57,002 bases of DNA, from positions 1-57,002 of IMG/VR virus record IMGVR_UViG_3300032193_000091. One strand, 5' to 3'. Within the stretch, counting starts at the first letter, position 1. Each line of letters starts with the position of its first letter. This document shows, piece after piece, positions 10,401 through 18,300 of the stretch. The notes below the pieces were generated by a model that was given only the letters and a program-made list of their open reading frames with translations, was not told the origin of the DNA and did not search any database. This DNA comes from a virus. Its lineage: Duplodnaviria > Caudoviricetes. The translations under genes and the position numbers were made by a program.

Positions 10401-13400
10401 CTGCAATGACATCTCTGTTTCTTGCAATCAAATATGCAGCATCTAGGTATGTTCCACTGGTGTTGTTAGCAACAACATCGATGAAGAGATATGTTAGAGT
10501 ATCAATAGCAGCTCTTACATCATTACAAGCATATCCGCTATTGTTTACTGTGCCATCTGCATTTAATAGTGCAGTGCTTGTGATTACTGTTGGATCAAAA
10601 TATCTTTCGACAGAAGAATATTCAGGAACATAAACTGGATCAGATGGAGTACCATACTCGGTTCTCCAGTTTCTCATTGCATAAGTTGCTAGAGTTCTAG
10701 CATACTCCATTGCACGAACTGTCTGAATAATCTCATTTTCTACATAATCAATCTTTGCACCAACAACGTATTTTTGACCTGCCTCGATGATGTTGTGGTT
10801 GGTTCCAAATTCTAGGTCTCTACAGAGAGCATTGAGGAAGTGTACGATATCCTGCTTACATTCCTCATCACTTACTGGAATATTGAAGCTTGGATAAACT
10901 TTAGTGCCATTGGAACACTCAACTTCCAGACCCGCAATCTTAACAATCTCATCCTCTGAAATTGTTGCAATTGGATTTACCGTACTAACGGTAGCAACTC
11001 CAGTTACAGCAGCATCATAATTGAAATCGTTAACAGTGTAATCAACACCATTGTATGTTACTGTTCCGCCAGTAACATATGTGTGCTCGAATCTAGATGG
11101 ACCGAGGAAAATATCAAAGGTAGAACCACCAACTTGAATTGCGTTAGCAACTGCTCTTCTAAACGTATGAGTTGATTGTGGTAAGTGCTTAACTGCTCCA
11201 GTTGTAGCACCAGCAAATGTATGTACTGCTCTAGGCTCATGCTTGATAGCATTGATATTTTCGTCGCCTGGTACAAATGTATGAACGGAAGTATCAGATG
11301 ATGTTCCTACATTAATAGTGAACGTTCCATCCTGTCTCTTCAATCCATTGCTGGTTGCAGAAACAAAAGTGTGTGCTGATAGATCAGTAGAAGTTCCAAC
11401 CTGAACGTCAAATGTATTTGAAGTTACATTGCTGATCTTCAACCATCTGCCGCTTGCATAATCATATGATCTTGGATATGTGTGCTGAGTAGCATTTCCA
11501 TCTAGATCACATGTAAAAGTAAGACTATTGTCTTCTAGTAAGATGTAATCATTCTGTTGGAATCCATGACTAGTAATACCAATCGTGGCTACTCCAGTTT
11601 CTGGATTGTAATCTGCTGATTCTACTGTGTGAGAATTGCTACCAACAGAAGTAATAGTGATAGACTTACCAGCATATGGATCAATTCCTGGTCTTGGGTA
11701 TGAGTGCTCTGTTTGGTTATTATCTAAAGCGCATGTGAATGTGAACGAATTGTCGTTAAGAACAACACTTCTGCCAACACCAAGACCATGCTGACCGACA
11801 GTAACAGTCAAGTCACCCGTAGAAGGATTGTAATCAGCAGCAGTAGGAGTGAAATATTCGTTCTCTCTAGATGCACCAATATTAACAGTAATTTCAGTGT
11901 CAGTTACTGCAGTAATTTTGGTTGACTTACCTGCATATGGATCAATTCCTGGACGTGGATATGTCTTTACAGAATCATTTCCATCCATCGTGCAAGTAAA
12001 GCTGATGGAGTTATCTGCAAATACAATACCTTCGCCAACACTCAGGGTGTGTGATCCAATGTTTAGAGTAATATCACCTGTTGATGGATCGTAATCAGCA
12101 GCAGAAGGAGTGAACTCTTGGTTAGGTCCAGATACTCCAACATTAACAGTAAACGTATTTGTTGTTACTGCATCAACGTTTAGAGTTCTGTTGCTAGCGT
12201 AGTGATGATCTTCTGGTGTAGCGTGTTCGGTTTTATCACCGTCCATGGAACAGGTAAAGATGATAGACTCATCTTGAATCCTGATTCCATCACCTACTTG
12301 CAATCCGTGGTTTGCAACAGTAAATACTGCCTCGCCAGTTGATGGATCATAAGTTGCATCAGTTGGAGTAAACTGCTGTGCTGGTGTACCACCAATATTG
12401 TATACAGCAAAATACTCTTTCTTAAACTCATCATTGACTCTTCCAACTACTTCATCTGCAATGAAGTCTCTGTTGTTACGAATAAACGTAACAGCGTCCT
12501 GGAATCTTCTTTCGACAGGAGTTGCTAGTGGGAAAGTGTTTGGTGAGTTTAGTAGCGATAGAGTAATAGACTTTGTATAAGACTTAACTGTTGCGTTTTG
12601 TCCTGGGTCAAAGTGCGAGTATGATTCGTCGCCTGGATCTACTGCTAATGCAGGGAACTTTTTAGGAATAACAAATCTTCTAGAGCGACCGTCAGCGTCC
12701 TCAAGAATTTTGTAGATTCTTTGATAACCGTTTAGAGCAGAACAATCGATTGGAGATGTTGGTAGACCTTCAATGAAAATTTCTTGTCCTTCTCTATAGT
12801 CATGAATATTAGTTCTACCGACTAGTTCATTGGTGTAAAGGACAACACCACCAAGATCCTCGGCATCACCAAACTGAGCGTTTTGGAAACCACCTGTAGC
12901 AATACTTGGATCGCCTTGTAGGGTAAAATCAATACGCTGAATAGGTAGAGGAGCACTATAGTTATCATCAACAGAAACAACCTCACCTTCTGCTCTAATT
13001 GATTTCAGTGCAGTGGTATCAATTTGGTTTTGTACGATTGATGCTTCTGAAATATCAATCGATGCTGCTACTTCAGTATCCCAACTAGGAGATCCTAAGA
13101 TAGGTACAACAGTGATATCCCAATATGTTGGTGAATTATCATCGTTGATTCCAGCAACTTCATAGAAACCTTCTGTGAAGTTTGTATCATTGGTATCATC
13201 TAGGTGAATGTAAGTTCCTGGTGGAATGAGAGCATCGGGATCATCCGTTGTACGGAAGATATTTTCGCCAGCAGTTTGTGTGATATTGAGGGAAATTGCA
13301 TTGCCCTTTGTACCAGTAATGATATATCTGTAACTCTCACCCTCTAGGAAAGAACCACTATTCAATGTAACGTCGATAGTACCAGTCAGATATGCATCTG

Positions 13401-14847
13401 CTCCAGAGGTAGTATCAAAGTTAACATCAATAATAGTTGCTCGCGAACCAGTGTTTAAACCAACAACCTCTAGACCTGCTTGTAGGTTCGAACCACCCGT
13501 GTTTTCTTGGAAGTCAACACGGAATTGATCTGGTCCAAAGATCTGATGTCCGACTGGGAAGAAAGTACCAAAGTCTCCGTTTACTTGGGAGTCTACTAGA
13601 AGTCTTTGCTTATCGTCAAAGACCATAGCAAAGTCCCAAGTGGCGACTGCATCTCCAACAGAGTCAATCTGATCTCGATACGTAACACCAATGATATAGT
13701 TCTTATCACCGAACTTCATGATGTGTTTGTTGGGATTCGCTGGTCTAATAATTACCAGACGAAGGTTGTCACCAACAATTGATGCGTCAGGTGGAATAGA
13801 GATTGGGTTATCTTCTACGTAATCACCACCAGAAACGATAATTGTTTCTTTAACACCAGGAGTAGTCCATGCCAACTGACATGCTTTCTTGATAGTTCTA
13901 ACTGGGTTTACAGCAGAACGACCGTCATTCTCATCGTTACCAATCTGCTGTGAAACGTAAATACGACCACCAACGTCATTCGTTGCTAGGTTAAGGACGT
14001 ATTCTGTAGTAGCAATCTTGTCTGATCTATCTCCCAATAGTGGTGTGATAGAACGTGGGTATACGCCTGCTTCTCCAGTATTATTGTAAGCAAATGCATT
14101 TTCGTCTTCTACACGGAAACCAATATGCTTAAACTGAACTTCTCCATTAAGTTCAATACCATCAGTATGTGTAGGAGCATCACTTCCAGTCTGTCCTGTA
14201 TTCAGTGCTTGATAAACATTAGCACCGAAGTATCTGTAGGAATTTTCCTGCAGGATAATATTGGAATCCCAAATGGTTCCAGTGTTGTTAACATAAGTCT
14301 TAAGGTTTGGACCTCTGAGAACTAGGTCAGGGGTAACAAAGTTGTCAATGTCTAGGTTTAGAACTCTCGCCGTGTCTGAAATGATAGACGTTGATGTTCT
14401 AATAGCACCGTTGATATCAAGTTCGAAGTCAACAGTATCAAGGAAAGCGTCAGCAGCAGCACCAAATCCGTTATCACTTGTAAAAGTGATTTCTGGCGGT
14501 TCTGTATAACCACTACCAGGCTCGTTAATAGCAACGTTGACTACTTGCCCGTTGAAGATAAAAGCAGTAGCAAGAGCTCTAACACCACCACCTGGAGGAG
14601 GAGCAATAGAAACTGCAGGAGCAATGGTATAACCAGAACCGCCAGCAGTAATGGTGATATTATTAACTCGCTGTCCCGTTCTGTTAATACCAACACGAGG
14701 CAATCCAGTGGTATCGTCTAGTAGAGTTCTTAGAATCTCTCGTTCACTAGAACCAGTACCACCTCTAATTGCTAGTTCATTATCCCCGATTAATTGAGGA
14801 GCAACGCCTCTAATTCTTTCTTTATCGGAATTGATATTAAAACTCAT
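4411..14847 (-). CDS. giant tail fibre / virion structural protein (3478 aa)
   Basis: GSGY beta repeats; GND...G...PVRTIKKA beta-helix entry; His/Cys nested repeats; helical C.RD repeats; two DSGLDAD.LD motifs; C-terminal VGI-type fibre repeats. CTAAATA at 14885-14891. Confidence 0.85.
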   Translation of the reverse strand: MSFNINSDKERIRGVAPQLIGDNELAIRGGTGSSEREILRTLLDDTTGLPRVGINRTGQRVNNITITAGGSGYTIAPAVSIAPPPGGGVRALATAFIFNGQVVNVAINEPGSGYTEPPEITFTSDNGFGAAADAFLDTVDFELDINGAIRTSTSIISDTARVLNLDIDNFVTPDLVLRGPNLKTYVNNTGTIWDSNIILQENSYRYFGANVYQALNTGQTGSDAPTHTDGIELNGEVQFKHIGFRVEDENAFAYNNTGEAGVYPRSITPLLGDRSDKIATTEYVLNLATNDVGGRIYVSQQIGNDENDGRSAVNPVRTIKKACQLAWTTPGVKETIIVSGGDYVEDNPISIPPDASIVGDNLRLVIIRPANPNKHIMKFGDKNYIIGVTYRDQIDSVGDAVATWDFAMVFDDKQRLLVDSQVNGDFGTFFPVGHQIFGPDQFRVDFQENTGGSNLQAGLEVVGLNTGSRATIIDVNFDTTSGADAYLTGTIDVTLNSGSFLEGESYRYIITGTKGNAISLNITQTAGENIFRTTDDPDALIPPGTYIHLDDTNDTNFTEGFYEVAGINDDNSPTYWDITVVPILGSPSWDTEVAASIDISEASIVQNQIDTTALKSIRAEGEVVSVDDNYSAPLPIQRIDFTLQGDPSIATGGFQNAQFGDAEDLGGVVLYTNELVGRTNIHDYREGQEIFIEGLPTSPIDCSALNGYQRIYKILEDADGRSRRFVIPKKFPALAVDPGDESYSHFDPGQNATVKSYTKSITLSLLNSPNTFPLATPVERRFQDAVTFIRNNRDFIADEVVGRVNDEFKKEYFAVYNIGGTPAQQFTPTDATYDPSTGEAVFTVANHGLQVGDGIRIQDESIIFTCSMDGDKTEHATPEDHHYASNRTLNVDAVTTNTFTVNVGVSGPNQEFTPSAADYDPSTGDITLNIGSHTLSVGEGIVFADNSISFTCTMDGNDSVKTYPRPGIDPYAGKSTKITAVTDTEITVNIGASRENEYFTPTAADYNPSTGDLTVTVGQHGLGVGRSVVLNDNSFTFTCALDNNQTEHSYPRPGIDPYAGKSITITSVGSNSHTVESADYNPETGVATIGITSHGFQQNDYILLEDNSLTFTCDLDGNATQHTYPRSYDYASGRWLKISNVTSNTFDVQVGTSTDLSAHTFVSATSNGLKRQDGTFTINVGTSSDTSVHTFVPGDENINAIKHEPRAVHTFAGATTGAVKHLPQSTHTFRRAVANAIQVGGSTFDIFLGPSRFEHTYVTGGTVTYNGVDYTVNDFNYDAAVTGVATVSTVNPIATISEDEIVKIAGLEVECSNGTKVYPSFNIPVSDEECKQDIVHFLNALCRDLEFGTNHNIIEAGQKYVVGAKIDYVENEIIQTVRAMEYARTLATYAMRNWRTEYGTPSDPVYVPEYSSVERYFDPTVITSTALLNADGTVNNSGYACNDVRAAIDTLTYLFIDVVANNTSGTYLDAAYLIARNRDVIADQAFLDTQSLYPTLNLSDLNERKCRRDINFILGGLIRDLALGGNSGIVTNAEAYYTGLALTGIDADKLDETRYAYERVELYAKAAMRNWSNGNSIAITPSFASYDSASGALSFSFADPAQTFPSSGRVAFKEGAITFSCSSNGGGNHASPTPTDRNYGKSLEVISATSNSGVTTVTVNVGDAGSAAGVSHTYVESLTNGTILIYDPVATTTPIPKFEDWNILLYPSAPICANVEATIDTEFGLLDGILEYAADPDSETSIAPGETVKNTGVLWDETDIITYPDNFIYDQNNTRMAIRGNYDDYPIIEASPYTQNSSVISFLGGSGALVDGSKVKQPNCPFPGLELDGTASFPNQGKSMVASAFTIVSFGGTGYKVIEDGYTQLVSVFVIFCEDGVLADTGGYCSITNSATNFGTFALRSIGFRRECYEFDIGTISNVSATPTGRTILRVSGLGREPLEHYICKFDGYRNTNTDIEFFVDAVSGVTVGPPFTADLTIDNGTGEPVNLTNLASGLEEGTPPVGATIKLHRPSIVNSSSHTWEFAGSGTNYLALPENGGTKIEAYEQVSELYGRVYVSGTDELGDFKVGTFAKIENRTGAITFTGTVTISEVEFLKLKGGDVVVTGFDASNTLGGANSSNSKIPTQKAVRDYITNNLGPYINKPYSTNAVPQALVQLTDSGKISVDQIPALRPFEVYTVPDEDARLEIEGALAGDIAIEQDTSTSYILNNDLDSQFVSFDVDPTLSFTIGDIFTGSISGGRMQATEYRQGVVYSIQLTSGGTNYLVASPPTVTISGGNPASGSIEAKAQATVANGEVVLVELIKFNGYVGGLNYTTQPSVVIDAPQGGGSQATANAFIESRLYGNIVNRIKLEDTDQIESSDIPAVDIDINRAVNTSSFNDANWVSLSSNVVDGVSITGGPISTDVLAQTGAANSYTFLRGDSSWALAVQSIKGAETRYFAQLISAANAGSSEFIFNTLADALIGHEVLDNIVGIQPNTNITGVLTVDGETTVAINNPVTTSIPAGTIVEFERGSSPMIFESTFTAGNFVDSVIISNGGTGFTNGQYFDIDLVGGTGNGLKCNLVVAGGAITELTITSSGSGYDGDFTISTPPTEIGAGSGLILLAKVSTVNRQYANVAVDIQRVSDQTISTDLFGTIGVARFKKSQFNIGVSGNGSVELNVGADSGLDADLLDGQQGSYYLNASNISAGRLSEDRLSGTYNISIANQSGNTLRLASGTNNPTSSPTPDNFVGGVVANTINNSANLLNDGGTKNMVLTFRAGGTSFDTSFGGVRQLALTDNDNLYIRGSGTGVTSFGSWGKVWSALNDGIDSGLDADKLDNKQGVWYQNALNINYGTLSDNRLPDFIDETAFQDQIEIRYFPGDRRYKIYISGLVLASSPFVPGEAVNLYNAQGQGTGTIEIDNIIVNNDTVDNSNDYTIIIGRLTTGDFVGALTIGSATDRKDFQDFTIDEGNTINVATLESDGGTGNLRLGRTDGSGSSPGIYFNSSALAATYNVALVAQGGNATAGSGTLNAQVQTVDGFSINGNKIWNAGNITFQTLNVAETAVLRGPDGEFSCGTITLDTANGAVIEGSANLNVLKGGDTMTGNLNISGTATLSVGGTANLLADATVGTDFTVNTDTFFVDASNDSVAIGAATAPATVKLTVTDDEAQDVIVDIYSQSADHDARLRLLGQGGDATTEGFEIHYDNNVGDVYFNQLFNGLTTAVAMRFSTKNFSDALTITGNGKVGVNMTPDDAYELDVTGDTRIKDSITLGHADDNGGAPLYFLGSSGFRNYEVGNNILGDNIFTVRASQTAGGTDWNPTIPAMALTVDVVQVDDGNGGTTPVDVHRMAVNTNAFQGVDPDDSTIRLYVANINGDMNVNGQLFQNNAPFVTSRWTESPNGDDIYRASRVGIGFTTDKDPGYALDVEGDFNVTGTTYIGGVKQYQDSQGIIRAYNTEIAYDVNIDANSTNVSTGPITMVSGVNIVFGDNSSWTIL
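11060..12400 (-). repeat. four nested ~100-aa repeats (A.Y.P.TG...H.L...FTC..D...YP...VNVG...HTF) in the 3478-aa fibre
   Basis: Unit starts near 12372, 12115, 11855 and 11631; the closing HTF segments cluster at about 11130-11375. Confidence 0.8.
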
Positions 14848-14893
14848 GGTGCTTGCCTAGCTCCCGCCGTTATTTCCTCTGTTATATTTAGCA

Positions 14894-15394
14894 TCAAGCC
14901 CACTCGATGCTTACGACTTCCGTTGCAGCAACCCACTTAATTTGGTTTGTAGTACCTGCAATATTTGTCGTGTAACTAAACTGATTTACTGATGATAGTG
15001 GAGAAATATCCCAATTTTGACCTTCTGGAACATCATCTTTGATAACAGTTGTCATCGTAGATAATACTGTTGTTGCACCCGCTGCCGTACATAGAACAGC
15101 AGTTTCCATCTTCAAAGAGTACACATTACCAAGTGGATCTGCACCCACAACAGTTCCTGTAATAAAACTCAGGGTGTTGTTTGTAAGAGGAATTTGTGAT
15201 CCTACATTGTCAATAGACAAAATAGCAGTACCAGCACCTCTTAAGATAAATCTGTGAATGTAACTATCCGTGAAATGAGAGTTCTTAATTTCCAAAGAGT
15301 TTAAATCTTTGGCATTTCTCAATTCATCAACTACCGTGGTTTTTCCGATGGAAAATCCACCCACAGAATCAAACTTATCTCTAGTTGTTGCCAT
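14894..15394 (-). CDS. virion structural protein (beta-rich, 166 aa)
   Basis: FDSVGGFSIG N-terminus and IKWVA C-terminus; sits between two fibre genes. Confidence 0.75.
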   Translation of the reverse strand: MATTRDKFDSVGGFSIGKTTVVDELRNAKDLNSLEIKNSHFTDSYIHRFILRGAGTAILSIDNVGSQIPLTNNTLSFITGTVVGADPLGNVYSLKMETAVLCTAAGATTVLSTMTTVIKDDVPEGQNWDISPLSSVNQFSYTTNIAGTTNQIKWVAATEVVSIEWA

Positions 15395-15396
15395 GT

Positions 15397-18300
15397 TTAT
15401 TTCTTAGTAATGTGTGAAACAATGGTTAGGTTTACAGTCTGTGTGTTTCCTACAGTAGCCCCTACTGTGATATTTAGTCTCACCACCCCAGCCGTGAGTT
15501 CGAACACTGGAGTAAATAGTGCTCCGTTGGTCTGGATGTTACCGTATTCAGTAAAGAATACATCTGCGCCATCATCTGTAACACCAAATTCAATGAACTC
15601 TTTTTCATTGTCATTTGTATTCTCTGCGATCAATACAATTTTTGCTCCTTTATTTGAAGCAGTTTCGTAAATATTGAATACTGCAGTATCAACAGTTCCT
15701 TTGGTGAGAACAGCATCTTCAGTCTTAACTCTGAGATCAGTAGTTTCAAATGTCTTCAGGTCTGCATCAAACAACTTAATGTTGGATGGAGTTCCTGTTC
15801 CAAAGGAAGTATTATAGAACAGATCACCATCATTAGACAGTGTTAGAACTGGATCTACATTAATACCACCAGAAAGACCAATCTTGAAATACTGCTTAGA
15901 TGTGTGTAAGAAAGTTGTATCTGCTGTGGTGTTGTCTAATGTTGTTGCAGCATTATCTAGAGTTAGCAGTGATGCTGTTAGTTCAAATTCATCACTAACT
16001 ACGGATCTTACAACATCAATATTTTCGAATGATAGTTGATTTTTGTTTAGAGTTAATGTTAGAATACCCTCATTGAAGAAGGTCAATGTATCTTCATCAG
16101 AACCAGCAGAAGACTCTGCTTTGATTTGAGTATCCTGGTCTACGTCTTTTACGCCACCAAGAGAACCCCAGTTAGCTCCATCGTATCCTTCAAACTGACT
16201 TGCAGATGTATTGAATCTCAAGGAACCTTGGATTGCACTACCTCTTTGGTTTACGTCACCAACAGGAACTGCAATACTAGTTGTTGCATCAATTTTAACT
16301 TTCTTGCCAGCAAGTGGTTGAATTACTACATCATTAATGTCTGTGCTGATGACATTATTTTTGAGTCTGAGATCACCACCAATAACAACAGGAATATCAC
16401 CAAATGGACCAATTCTTACTTGAGATACTTCATCGATTACAATTTCACCTACAGCAAGTTGAATCCATTTTAGAGTTGCATCACCGTTAGTAAAATCATC
16501 ACCAGACACATCAACTGGTGGGTTACCGCTGGTTCCAGTAGTACCAGATAGAACTACTTCATATACATTGTTTCTGTATCTTAAGTAGTTGCCAGTAAAT
16601 ACTGCTAGGTTTGCAACCCAGTTGCTGTAACTAACACCTACAGTGTTTGACGATTGAATCGTTTTAGCACCATCAAGAATTACATTGTCCTTTGTATTTC
16701 TAAATGCTAGAATATCATCGTTGTAATAATACAGTGTGTTATCATTAGCACCAGGAGATGCTTCTGCTTTAATGTAAGTATTGCCATCTAGGTCTCTTAC
16801 ACCACCAAGAGAAGACCATACACCAGATCCAGAAATATCACTATAACCTTCATACTGGTTTGAATCAGTATTAAATCTGATCGCTCCATTTTCTGCATAC
16901 AGAGTAGGTCTCTGACTATCAGTTCCTTTTGGAACTACAAATCCAGTTGAAGCGTCAACTTTAAGAAGTCTATCTGAGTATGGTTGAACGACTACGTTAT
17001 CATTCGACGTTGTTGAGATGATGTTATTTTTGATTTGAAGTCTATCGTTAGAATTGAATCTATCGATGACTTTGATCTCACCTTGTGACAGAATATTACC
17101 TGTAGAACCAGTAATAACTGCCTTGTCGGTAACATTAATGTTACCAGTAAAATTAGCGTTGATAGTTTGAATGCTAAGTCCATCACCAGAATCTCTTACT
17201 TGTGGAGTTTTAACATAAGTGCTACCCTCAACAAAAGGAGATGTAACTAAATTAGTTCCAGTGTAATCGGTGCTATTAATTTCTGTTGCATTAAGAATAG
17301 ATAGTGTAATCGTGCCAGTCTCTACATCAGCATAGATAGAATCTTCTGTGTTGATAGTAGCAGCAACAAATGTAGCACCAGAACCATAAGTTCTAGTGGC
17401 ACCCTGATTTACTGTAATTGCTACTTCATCACCATCGAATCCACCCATGTTTTCATGCTCTGACTCCGAACGACAGTAGTAATAGAGGGGATTTGGAGTC
17501 GATGAAGTAACATTTATAGTTACAAAATTAGAATCTCTAGTCACTCCATCTGTATATTCAACACCACGGAATTCTAGTTGTGTTTCTCCAGTTACAAGAG
17601 CGTTTTGACTAATCTCTAATGTAGTTCCATCTACAATAGAAGTAACAGTAGTGCCATTGACAACTCCTTGTCCTCCAAGCACGGTAATCACCATGCCTTC
17701 TGCAATAGAAGACGTATCATCAACGGTAACTTGATTTGATCCAGTAGTGATATTTACAATCTTTGTTACTCTACTGGGACTATATGGACCATCTGGGTAT
17801 TTGCTGAGAGCAAATTCGTGGCTTTGGTTGGTACTATCTGAAGTATCAAATACATATGAACTACCAGCATCTAAAGTGATCGATGGTTCAAATTGATTGT
17901 TGATAACAAATCTATGAGATTCTACTACCGTATCTGTAATAAAGGTAGAATTATCAGTTACTCTGGTAATTTCTTGTCCGCCATCTGTACTAAAATTAGA
18001 TCCTTCTAGTACGATATAATCGAAAGTACCTCCAGATTCTTTTACGAGAACAACTTCGAAAATATTATCACCGTCTAGAGTAAGTCTGTCTCCAACTGAG
18101 AACGTTCCTGAAGTGATTGCAGTAGTAAATGTGAGTTTTTGAATATCAACAACTCTTACCATGTATGTTGTTGGACTTACCAGATTAGTTGGATTAACTG
18201 AAAGTACATCAAACTGTTCGTATCCATTACCAGGATTGTTAATAGCAAGTCCAGTAATAGGTCCGAGATCATTTACAACATATGTAAAGTCTGTTGTTGG

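Noticed and set aside
11060-12400. Diversity-generating retroelement template/variable repeat pair among the fibre repeats
   Set aside because: No reverse transcriptase in the window; the repeats are in-frame protein domains diverged at all bases, not adenine-specifically.
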